From contig NC_043003.1 of NCBI RefSeq assembly GCF_006345805.1, forward strand, positions 106,516,001 to 106,580,000: a DNA stretch of 64,000 nt, given 5' to 3'. Shown here one piece after another: positions 13,026-24,434 of this stretch. Numbering within the stretch: position 1 is the stretch's first letter; every line of letters begins with the position of its first letter. The stretch comes from Octopus sinensis (lineage: Eukaryota). The notes below the pieces were generated by a model. It was given only the letters and a program-made list of their open reading frames with translations, was not told where the DNA came from and ran no database searches. Both the position numbers and the translations under genes were made by a program.

Positions 13026-13720
13026 ATTATTAGATCAATCTAATTGACTGCACACTGCACATAAATGCTGTAGTGATAAGCCTAGTTTAGAAATCCTTAA
13101 TACGGCTAAAGAACTTAGAACATACAAATGTTTATATAATAAACAAACATAAAAATACGTGAACCTGTTAAACTGTCCAACTCCTGCCATCTTGGGAAAC
13201 AGACATTAAATGATGATATGTGCATGTAGCTGATATATTTTTATAATGTCCATAGCTCAATGGGGATAGATGGTATATTTCACTCCAGGCTGAACCCTGT
13301 GAAAATATTCTCTTTACCAAAACTACAACCTTTGCCATCATCCCCACAATCACAGCAAATTTATCTTTCGAGTACCACTACCCAATTCCCCTCACCTCCA
13401 CCAATTATCACTAACACCACTCCAGTTATTATGAATGAACTGTCTTCAATCACTACAGAGACAAGATGGCAGGAAGATAAAAGTAGCAGAGGGTAGAGCT
13501 ATTAGAGGTATGGTAGATGTCTAGCAATGAATGGTAATGGATGGCAGATGTGATGATGGTGGTGGCAGAACTGTATATGTTCATACCGAGAACAGAGGTC
13601 TTGGGATATTCAGACATAATACCTAAGTTCAAGCTCAGCAGTAGATCCCACACTTCAATTCTGTATCCAGTGTGGGACATCAGACCACAGAATACACTAG
13701 TGTGTAGAATATGAGCCACC

Positions 13721-13949
13721 TTAACCCTTTAGTGTTTAAACCGGCCATATCCGGCCAAAGTTTTCTACCTATTTTATGCTCAAACTGACCAGATCAGGGC
13801 TCTCACACCTAACCTACATTGACATTCTAAAAATAAACAATCATGTCGTTGAAACCTCAAAGCTATAAGATAATGCATGATTAATTAAAAACAATTTGAT
13901 TAAAAAAAATTATACATTTAACAGAGTAATCTGAACACTAAAGGGTTAA
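13721..13949. mobile_element. TTAA-flanked MITE family 1
   Basis: Perfect inverted ends TTAACCCTTTAGTGTT / AACACTAAAGGGTTAA. Confidence 0.85.
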
Positions 13950-14082
13950 TACAATTAATACAAAAAACAAAACACTGAGAGGTGTATTAGCAAGATCATG
14001 TGTTTCAACAAGCAATTATGTAATCGCAGCAGTTAATTTAACAAAACATGTATATGCTTTATAAAGCATAAAATACCAAGTT

Positions 14083-14281
14083 TTTACTCTTTACTCTTTT
14101 ACTTGTTTCAGTCATTTGACTGCGGCCATGCTGGAGCACCGACTTTAGTCGAGCAAATCAACCCCGAGACTTATTCTATCGGTCTCTTTTGCTGAACCGC
14201 TAAGTAACGGGGACATAAATACACCAGCATCGGTTGTCAAGCAATGCTAGGGGGACAAACACAGACGCACAAACACACACA

Positions 14282-14327
<46 letters not shown>

Positions 14328-14493
14328 TACGACGGGCTTCTTTCAGTTTCCGTCTACCAAATCCACTCACAAGGCTTTGGTCGGCCCGAGGATATAGTAG
14401 AAGACACTTGCCCAAGGTGCCACGCAGTGGGACTGAACCCGGAACCATGTGGTTGGTAAACAAGCTACTTACCACACAACCACTCCTGCGCCT
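14083..14493 (-). mobile_element. SINE A, full length
   Basis: Reverse-complement homology to family A. Confidence 0.9.
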
Positions 14494-14746
14494 GTATTTT
14501 GTTGATAACATGTTTGTGTGCACGCGTGCATATGTGTGTAAATATCTGTATATTATAAACACAGAGAATGTTACCAATATCTTATCAAAATTAGTGTTTG
14601 TAAACACTATTTAAACTAAATTACAATTAGCCACTTATTAGAATTAAACCTCAGGATATTCTGATTAAGTATTATCATCCAGTTATTGTTATCTAAAAGG
14701 CTATAATGGCTTCACCTCCCTCTCCCTAGCTCTTTGTGTTTGAGTG

Positions 14747-14777
<31 letters not shown>

Positions 14778-15239
14778 TGTGTGTGAATGTGCATGACTGC
14801 ATGGTTAAAGTACCAAACTAATAGTTACTGGGTCACAACTTCCTAAACCATTGCAGGCTTTTCACTGAATCTGAGCAAGATACTGATGTTGCCTAATACC
14901 TTATCCAGAAGAAGAATACCAGTTTCTTCCCCACCAGGCACAACAATAGCTGCCATTGATCCTTCTGGTTGAATAAAAAATACCAAAATCATGAAAAGGA
15001 ATTCGAAATTTTAAACACCAACTGAAGAGAAAGAAATGAGGACAAGAGAGGGAGAATTAGAGGAAGAAAGAACGAGAGAAAGAGTGATAAAGGCTAACAG
15101 ACTGAAACTTCGAAGTCACTGTCAGCCCTCTTGTAAAAGTTTAGTAAGAATGTATTCTACTAAAAAGTATTGAAAAATTCTTCAGTTTAATGTTAAATTG
15201 CTTTTATATAGAACTGACATAAAAAACATTAATGAGGGG

Positions 15240-15470
15240 GGTCTTGTCCAGCAAGTTACTCAGTGACCTCACTAGTGCTGGTGCCACATAGAAAGCATCT
15301 AATAGTCTGTGTAAAGTGGTTGGCATTAGGAAAGGTATCCAGCTTTAGAAATTCATGAACAGAAACCCAAACAGACAGCAGGGTTTGGTGCAATCTTCTG
15401 ATTTGCCAGCCTCTGCCAAACTGGCCCTACCCATACCAGCATGAAAAACAGACACCAAATGATGATGATT
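15240..15470 (+). mobile_element. Family C (RTE-tail) diverged copy
   Basis: GTGGTTGGCATTAGGAAAGGTATCCAGC...CAGCATGAAAAACAGAC (GAT)n. Confidence 0.65.
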
Positions 15471-15499
15471 ATTATCACATATATATATGTGTGTGTGTG

Positions 15500-15552
<53 letters not shown>

Positions 15553-16324
15553 GGATGGAAGAAAGGACAGAGTGTATGATAACTAACACAGAAAGCTGTA
15601 TGAGGCAATTGTATTACCCTAACTAAGGTAGGAATTGAAATTTAAGATGACACAGCAAAAGCTTAACATATTTGTTTCTCTTAAAAAGAAAGAAGGAAAA
15701 AAAAAAGCAATTTCTGTTTACATATCCCACAGTTAAATCTCATTTTCAATACAAAGATATCACAGAGATAGAGTTACATTTCCTCACTGTAAATTTTTCC
15801 ATACACCTGTTATGAAGACTTCATTTGCCAGGGCAGAAGCGTCAATCCTTTTGAAAAATAAGTCTTTCTACTTTTATTTTCCACTTCCCCTTGAGTTGAT
15901 TTGCTTGATTATTATATTTTTGGGGGGTTATAAAGTAATTCCCAGAAATGCCAACAGCAGTGCTAATAACTGATAACTATGTCAATGTGCTCAGATAACA
16001 GAATCTTAAACTATGAGCAATCCTAAACCACAAAATTTTCATTTTGAAGACTAAAACACGGTGCTTTGTTCATTGAGGCTGTAAACTGCTTCAGGATAAA
16101 ATGTCGCTCAGATTCATAACACAGCAAAGTCTAACGTCTGAAAGCTATCAGTTTCTATATTGTGGTGAAGCTCATGTGGCTAAAGATAGCAGTGAGATTA
16201 CTTTAGCCATTCCTCAGTTGAAGACTAGCAGCAAAGAACCAAGAAAAGGCACTTTGTTGTGTTGGGGCAATCCAAGGCCTTAAATTGCACAATGGGATGA
16301 TCCCCACATTTTGAGTGCTTGTCA

Positions 16325-17142
16325 TAACAACAACAATAACAACAACAATAATAATAATAATAATATTAATAATAATAATGATAATATTAATAATATTAAT
16401 AATAAGAATGATAATGATGATGATTATTATTATTAAGGGCTGCGAGTTGGCAGAATCATTAGCACACTGGATGAGATGTTTAGCAGTATTTTGCCTGTTG
16501 CTGCATGCCGAGTTCAAATTCTGCTGAGGTCAACTTCACCTTTCATTGTTTTGAGGTTGATAAAATAAGATCTTGTTGAGGACTGGGGTCAGCGTAATCC
16601 ACTAGCCTCCTCCCCCAAAATTTCAGGCCTTGTGCCTACAGCAGAAAGGTTTACTATCATTATTATTAATAATAATGATGATGATGATAAGGCGGTGAGC
16701 TGGCATCATCATTAGCACACTGGACAAAATGCTTAGCAGCATTTTGTGAATCTCTATGTTGTGAGTTCAAATTCTGCCAAGTTCAATTTTGCATTTCATC
16801 CTTTCAGGATTTTCAAAGTACCAGTTGAGTACTGGAGTTGATGAAATTGACTATCCCTGCTCCCCACAAATTTCAGGCCTTGTGCCAATAGAAGGATTAT
16901 TATTATTATTATTATTATTGAAGGCAGTGAGCTGGTAGAATCATCAGTATGCTGGATGAAATGCTTAGCAGTACTTCACCCATTGCTACATTCTCAGTTC
17001 AAATTCCGCCGAGGTCGACTTTGCCTTTCATCCTTTCAGGGTCAATAAATTAAGTACCAGTGAAGTACTGGGGTCAATGTGATCGCCTACCCCTACCCTG
17101 AAATTCCAGGCCTTCAGTACAAAGGATTATTATTATTATTAT
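16325..17142 (+). mobile_element. Three head-to-tail SINE B-subfamily copies separated by (TAA)/(TTA) tracts
   Basis: Heads near 16437, 16691 and 16922, each followed by GAGTTCAAATTC...CAGGCCTT. Confidence 0.8.
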
Positions 17143-17908
17143 TGATTTAGTGTCTGCTTTCCATGCTGGAATGAGTAAGACAACTTGACTGGAATTGGTA
17201 AGCTCGAGAGTTGTACCTGGTTCCACAATGATCTGGTTTCTACAGCTGGGTGCCCTTCCTAACGCCAACCACTCCACAAGTGTAATGTCCTCTACAGTCA
17301 CAGCCTCTATTTCACTGGTGTGGAACATGGCTGCTCTCACAAAGGCTCCCATTTACATCATACAATGTACATTCTCCACTGTATTTGTATTCCATATCCT
17401 TACTGTCGTCATGCCTTGGATCATTGTGGCCAATGAACGAAATTATTGAGGAGGAAGGTGTTCTTCATATGATGGATGCTTTTGATTGTTGGGTTTAACA
17501 CATCACAGGAATACACTGATCTTTCATATCCAATTTGTAAGTCTAATCCAGAGTCCTATTCAGCTGAAGCATAGAATTAGATGAGTAGTGGATCAGTGAA
17601 TTGACCGAAGGCTGAACCAGAGTGATCTGGCATTATCTCTATCCGGCAGCTAAGTGAATGAGAGTAATGTAAAATAAAGTGTTCTATCCAGATACACAAA
17701 CTAAACTGGTGATCCATAAGTATGCAGACTAATACAGTATGAAATTAGCCACCCGACCTCTACAGTGTGTGTGTGTTTGTGTATGCGTGCATGCACATGG
17801 CCTCACATGCATAGACTTTTAAAAATGCTTTAATTGGCAGAAAGTTACAAAAATGACTCAAGAACTGAGAGTTTCATGTATGGCACATATATACATGTAT
17901 GTATGGAT

Positions 17909-17965
17909 GCGCGCGCACACGCACACGCACACACACACACACGCACACGCACACACACACACACG

Positions 17966-17998
<33 letters not shown>

Positions 17999-18017
17999 AC
18001 ACACACACACACACACA
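17909..18017. repeat. (CA)n/(CACG)n microsatellite
   Basis: Direct. Confidence 0.95.
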
Positions 18018-20171
18018 AGGCTAAGTGTGGTAACTGCAGAGTAGAAATATTTGTCAATGGAACAATTATATCAGCGGTTCACAGAGTGGATCAACTGAAC
18101 ATGAATTTTTAGAGTGTGCAGAATTTGCTTTTGGGAGTTTTACAAGAGAAGGAATTTCTAATTTTTTTGAATCTAAGAAGGTAAAAAAAAAAAAAGCAAA
18201 ACTAAGGAAGAAACCCGAATTGAATTGTTGATGCAAGTACTATAATAAACAAACAACAATGAACATCAAATGATATTGTTTGGGGTGAGAATATAATGAA
18301 TGTTTCAAGCAAGAGACTTTCATCAGAGAACAAGAGAACATGAGATGAGAGCTCGTTAAAAAGGTTTGTAGCAAACAGCTGCCTTATTTCTGATCCCAGT
18401 GTTTTGACAGGCAGCATTGGAAGAGAGCTCAGTTTGGTATTGCTTTCAAAGGCTTTTATTTCCCCTGTTGTAACAAGGCACAAAAGATTGTATTTTAGGT
18501 TTGTGAAGGAAATTCAAGTGTGAGATCCTTGGCTTGCTTTACTCTGGGTCCCCTGGGACTGTGAAGTAAAGCTTGAAAAGTGGTGATTTAAATTGAAACC
18601 ACATCGGAGTATTTGCCTTTTCGCTTGCTGACAGATAGCGCCTACCTTGTTTCTATGGTATTTGTTCATCATCAAAGTTTAGTATATTGTCCCAAAAGAT
18701 AACAGCGCCAATAACAGCATAGATACTCATAATGCATCTATTCAACCAGTCAAACACGTTTTGATTGTTTCTGTGTGTACACTCATGTGTATGCATGCGT
18801 ACACACACACACACACACACCTGTGGTAGTAAATGTTTGTGTGTGTGTGCGTGTGCTCATAAGCATGTAATATCCCAATGGTTTATTGATTTTCATATAT
18901 TCGTTTATTTTTAGTCATTAATTAAAAATAAAAGAAAACAAAAACAAAAAGAGCAACAGAAAAGAACGGGAAAAGGAAACGCAGAAACAAATGGTTCAGA
19001 AACTATTTTTATAGAAAAGCTTTTAAAAATAAGCTATTCTGGCAGCTAAAATGGCAAAATAACAGACAAGTGTGGCAGGTAAAAAATACTAACAAAAATA
19101 AATAAAAAAAAAAACTGGAAGAAAAAAAACACTTGGTTTGCAGGTAGAATTATCAAATAAAGAAGAAATAAAATCTACCTGGTATACCTGGAAAAATTCA
19201 CAGCATCTATACTATCTCGTTAATGAAAAAAGGAAAGAAAAAAAGTTATCTGACAAAATGGAATAATCATTCTCAGAAAGTAGAGACCAAAGAGAGTAGA
19301 ATCTACTTGAATGCCAGATAACTAAGCAGGTCAACTTGTGAGAGAGAGAGAGAGAGAATTCTATTGTGTCATTGATACAGAAATTATATCAGTTATTCAA
19401 CGGTGAAACACACCTAACACACAAACTGGTACACCGATGAGTCATGGGTTTAAAAGCTACATAATCATTTTGATGTAAGAGCTTCAGTGAAAATGCTGAA
19501 ATTACATTAGCAAAGAATTAAGTAGTCAGTCAGTTGCAGAGCTCAGTTACTTCGGTTACTCTTGAAGTTCTTGCTTTGCTTTGTGACTATGATGTGAGTA
19601 TGTTTAATGTCCTCCAGTCGATTCACTTTTCTAGCTTATTCAAAATTTGTTGATTTGTGTAAATGAGTTTGTGCAAAAGGGAAAAATCATTATGGTGCTA
19701 GCTGTAAGAAAACAAAGTGATGCGAGCTGGCCAGAGGACTGGATGGAAAAGGCTGACAAACAAAGCCACAATTCAGCCTTTGACCCACTGCAATCGGTGT
19801 GTGTGACTTGGTTCCATCAAGAGAGAGACAAATCTGTATCACCAGCCAATGAACTGTGGAGCATTGGATCAAAGAAATGACCAAATTGCTGGATATCTGG
19901 CTCAGCTAGGACTTTCACTATGACAAAACCCACTGGAATAATAATAATAATAATGGCTGTGTGGTTAGAGAGCTTGCTTCCTAGCTACATGGTTTCGGGT
20001 TCAGTCCCACTGCGTGGCACTTTGGGCAGGTGTCTTCCGCTATAGCCCCGAGCCAACCGGAGCTTTGTGATTGAATTCGGTAGGTGGAAGTTACTGCCGT
20101 GTGTGTATGTGTGTGTATAGCTGGTCAGTGCCTCTCCGAAAGAGAGAGAGGGGGAATAATAATGATAACAA

Positions 20172-20690
20172 TGGACTTGACAGAGCAAAGAATTGGTACG
20201 ACCACAAACCCAAAAGCATCATTGAAAAATGATAATGCAAAGATCCTGTGAGATATTATGATTCAGTGCGAGCATGAGATAGAGAATAGGAAACCAGACA
20301 TAGTCTTAATTGAGAAAGAAAACGAACTATGCTGGATCATAGATATAGCATGCCTAGCTGACAACAAGGTATGCGACAAGGAAGAAAGAAAAGTCGAGAG
20401 ATATGACAGGTTAGCTTGGGCGGTTAAGTAGTTGTGATCGATGAAAAAGGTAGCAGTGGTACCAATAATTATCGGAGCCCTGGGAACAGTGAGTAAAAAT
20501 CTTGAGAAGTACATGGAACAAGTAGGGGCTACAGTAAGGGTGGAGCACTTGCAGAAAACAGCACTGCTTGGAGCCGCTTGAATACTCCAGAAGGTGCTCA
20601 AAAAATAAGGGGTGTTACCTTAGCTCACTGAGAGTGAACACTGCACAGCTTCTAATGCTGGAGGTGTACTACAGTGTCAAAGGCAACAAT
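20172..20690 (+). mobile_element. R4/Dong-clade non-LTR retrotransposon 3' fragment (REL endonuclease pseudogene)
   Basis: Translates as WYDHKP...ENRKPDIVLIEKENELCWIIDIA...KEERKVERY...VVPIIIGALGTV...LQKTALLG with stops; (TAA)-rich tracts on both sides. Confidence 0.85.
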
Positions 20691-20704
20691 AATAATAATA
20701 ATAA

Positions 20705-20918
20705 TCCTTTCTACTATAGGTACATGGCAGGAAATTTAAGGAGAGAGGGATAGTTGATTACATGACCCCAGTGTTTAACTGGTATTTATTTCACTGACCC
20801 CAAAAGGATGAAAGGCAAAGTCGACCTCAGTGGAATTTGAACTCAGATCATAAAGATGGATGAAATGCCACTAAGCATTTAGCCTGGTGTGTTAACGATT
20901 CTGCCAGCTTGCTTCCTT
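20705..20918 (-). mobile_element. SINE B subfamily copy
   Basis: Reverse-complement homology to family B. Confidence 0.8.
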
Positions 20919-22524
20919 GATAATAATGACAACTACAATGTGGAATGATTTTGACAAGAAATATTCCAATTTTTTTCAATCAATGGAACCAACCAATTAT
21001 GTAAGGTGACTGAGTGCTTCACAAACACTTGTACTAATCCAACAAAGACGGACCTTCAAGTTTTAAGCATGAACCATTCAAAAAGTTTCTGTCAACATGA
21101 CTTTGCACAGTAACCTTGGCTCAAGTGAAAGATATGGTAGAAAAGGATTAACCAAAGTGCCACATAATGGGACTGGACTTGGGGCTTTATGACTGCAAAG
21201 CAAACATTTTAGACTATATTCTTGAAAGTAATCCCTCAGGATAGCCAAAATCTAAGCTGAAACTAGCAGAAGAAAATGGTGTGTGTGCAAAATGACTGAA
21301 GGCTTGTAGTCTACATCCATTTATGTGGTGAGGTGTTTGGTTCATGATCATTAAGTTGTAAGTACAACTCTAGGACTGGCAGCACAAGGTGTACTCTCTC
21401 ACAAGCGACAGCTTGCAGTGCTACATGAATAAATGAGATACACTCAGTCACACAATAAATGTATTTTGTAAAATCTTATTTAGATCTGCATAAAATGAGT
21501 TTCAATGTTCCCTTTTTCAGTGCTGAGTTAGTACAACAGAGGACAATAATGAAAGAGAGATAAATCTGGATGTTAATTAAGTAGAACAATACAACTAGTT
21601 TTAAAACAAAAAGGAATATAGAACGGAATAGCAAATGACAAACAATAAGTTCCGAATATCAGTAGGAGAAGCCGCATGATCAAATGTTATTGAAACTCAG
21701 AGAAAGCCATTAGAATGAGTGACAGGCCTATTGAAATATCAGGACAGATGATCTTGTGATTAAGAGGAAAACAAAATAAATAAATAAATAACGAGTTACT
21801 AAATTTAGAAGAAAATATTCTAAACAGAATGAGGTACCATTAGGATTGTGTAAAGACATATCTAAGTTACAAGAACCATAATAGTGAAACAATGATATCA
21901 GAGACAAGAGAGAGATTTATTGAATCTATATTTATCATCTGATTGCATCGGAACAGAGAAGATGAGAGTGAAACCAAGGATCAATATAAATAGTTCACAT
22001 TATGAAATATGATGATACAGCACATTCAGAGTAAAATGAACTCAATCAGAACTAGTGGCAGTGGTGACATGGGTTTTGTCTTTTTTTTTGTTTCAATTAG
22101 CACAGCAATGGATGGTATAATCGGCAGAGCAACGGTCAAACTGTGTTGGAGCACTCCACTTTTCTTATATAGACTTATTTTATTTACTGACTAAAGAAGA
22201 ATGAGACACAGAGTCAAATACTAGGGGGTAGATTTAATGAACTGAATCACCCAACCCACCCGTGGAAATTTGTGGCTCCTGAACTATGACAGAAATCATT
22301 ATCAGCCCTGTGGAGGGGGTGAGAGGGAGAGAGAGAGAGAGAGAGAGTTTGCTTCCTTCCTTGCAATAACAACTATTTACTCTTTCTGAACATTCCTTTG
22401 ACCCCAGTCCAAGTCTTACAGAATAATACAAACAAAACAAATTATTCTATCTCAACCAACTTGAATGTGATGTCACAGAGTTAGAAATACATAAGCATAC
22501 CATAGGAAATTGAGAAAAACATGG

Positions 22525-22726
22525 GTTTCAAATTTTGGTACAAGGCCACCAAGCTCAGGAGAGGGGCTAAGTCGATTACATCGATCCCAGGGATCAACTG
22601 GGACTTATTTTATTGATCCTGGAAGTATGAAAGGTGAAGTCGACCATGGCAGAATTTGACCTCAGAACGTAAAGACAGATGAAATGCTACTAAGCATTTT
22701 GTTAACAATTTTGCCAGCTCGTCACC
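22525..22726 (-). mobile_element. SINE B subfamily copy
   Basis: Reverse-complement homology to family B. Confidence 0.75.
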
Positions 22727-23188
22727 TTAATCCTTTTGATACCAACCCACCTGAAACTGCCTCTTTCTCTGAAGTACAAATGTCTTGTTTTCTTAAGTTT
22801 TGAATTAAAATCTTCCACCAAACCTTAGTCACAATTTATGTTCCTAACACTAGATGAATGATAACTAAGTTGTTTTATTAAATTCTTTGTTATATTTCAA
22901 ATAATTGAAAGAAACACAGAGCATCTCATCAGAAGTATAGTAACAAAAGAGTTAACAAATGATTAATTTAACCCTTTTGATACCAAACTGGCTGAAACCA
23001 CTTCTGGCTCTGTAATACAAAAGTCTTGTTTTCCTAAGTTTTTAATTAAAATCTTCCACCAAACCTTAGTCAGAATTTATGTTCCTAACACTAGCTTAAT
23101 GTTATTTTACTAAATTCTTTATTATATTTAAAATTAATTGAAAGAAACACAGAGCATCTCAGCAGAAATATGTTAACAAAAGGGTTAA
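22727..23188. mobile_element. Two tandem TTAA-flanked MITEs, family 2 (22727-22955; 22968-23188)
   Basis: TTAA-CCCTTTTG...CAAAAGGG-TTAA; reverse copy at 29057-29284. Confidence 0.8.
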
Positions 23189-23443
23189 AATTATTCTTCC
23201 ATTTTTTTTTAATGGTTTTGTCATCAAGAAACGTTATCTTGTGACAGGACTATGACAGCAAGCACATTGAAAAGAGGTAAATAACTTATATGGATAAGAA
23301 TTAACCCTTTGACGGCCATATTTCTTATAACATACACAAACTATCATTCAATTTATTTTGAAAAGAATCCAGAATTTGAAGGAATTTCCCAAAATCAGTA
23401 ATTTCCCAATTAAACTGGTGTAAGGTAGAAAGCTTGCAGAATT

Positions 23444-23683
23444 TACATTATTTACATTTGACGGATATTTGTCCTCATCTTGTTTGTTGTTAACACAACG
23501 TTTCAGCTGATATACCCTCCAGCCTTCATCAGGTGTCTTGGGGAAATTTCAAACCTGGGTTCTCATTCCTAATATATGTTTTTCTCAATATTGTTGTTAT
23601 TATTATTATTATTCAGGTCACTGCCTGGAATTGAACTCGGAATCTTGGGGTTAGTAGCCTGTGCTCTTAACTACTACGCCATA
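23444..23683 (-). mobile_element. tRNA-headed SINE with Penelope-type hammerhead tail
   Basis: A box TGGCGTAGTAGTTAAG, B box GAGTTCAATTCC, (TAA)n linker, tail matching the terminal repeat at 47883-48028; TSD TGCAGAATT at 23435-23443 and 23684-23692. Confidence 0.8.
23492..23537 (-). ncRNA. Minimal type-I hammerhead ribozyme (family 1)
   Basis: GACAC-CUGAUGA-A-GGCUG[loop]CAGCU-GAA-ACGU-U-GUGUU: stems I and II pair, palindromic stem III, GUU triplet. Confidence 0.75.
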
Positions 23684-24321
23684 TGCAGAATTGTTAGAAT
23701 GTTGTATAAAATGCTCAGTGGCATTCCTTCCAACTCTCCATACTCTGAGTTCAAATTCCCCTGAGGTCAATTTTACTTTTTATACTTTAAGAATTGATAA
23801 AATAACCCCCAGTCAAGCACCCGGATTGATGTAATTGATTAACACCCCAACTTTTCTTTAAAATTGCTAGCCTTGTATCTGTAGCAGGCAGAATTGTTAA
23901 GCTGGCATCTTCTTACAGAAAATTGTGTTGGAAGCTTTTAATTTAAATATAAACACTTTTAAGATGCAAGGGTTTGTGTCAGAGAAGCAGGTGGTCTTGA
24001 ATGGCGTCAAAGGGTTTTAAGACCTAAATTACAAATTCAAGGAAAATGAGATACAACTGTGGACACTTGTGTAGGAAGTAGCAATTATAATGCCAATAGT
24101 AATTAATGCTAATAATAATAATTAACGAAGACATTCTTGTATAAATACCAGTCAAGGCATTAGACACGATGCCAAATTAGTATTCTGCAATGGAAGCTAA
24201 AATACAGCACAAAACTGTCTACAAGAAAATCTTCATCGTTTCACAAGCGCAAGGCACTTTGAAGCAGAAAGATGCAGCTTGAAGAATTTTGCACTGCATA
24301 AACTGTCTTGAAGTAAGTAAG

Positions 24322-24330
24322 CGAGCGAGC

Positions 24331-24368
<38 letters not shown>

Positions 24369-24371
24369 GAG

Positions 24372-24431
<60 letters not shown>
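24322..24431. repeat. (GA)n microsatellite
   Basis: Direct. Confidence 0.95.

Positions 24432-24434
<3 letters not shown>

Larger units (their letters stand above)
23301..24020. mobile_element. TTAA-type MITE hosting nested SINE B and tRNA-HHR element
   Basis: Ends CCCTTTGACGGCCAT / ATGGCGTCAAAGGG; interior interrupted at about 23423-23880. Confidence 0.55.

Noticed and set aside
14200-14614. Recurrent ORFs (MSSNARGTNTD..., MLGGQTQTH...)
   Set aside because: Translations of SINE A repeated at many loci
19178-19190. Possible 9-nt minus-strand microexon (CCAG|GTATACCAG|GTAGAT)
   Set aside because: Weak donor and several AGs immediately upstream of the acceptor
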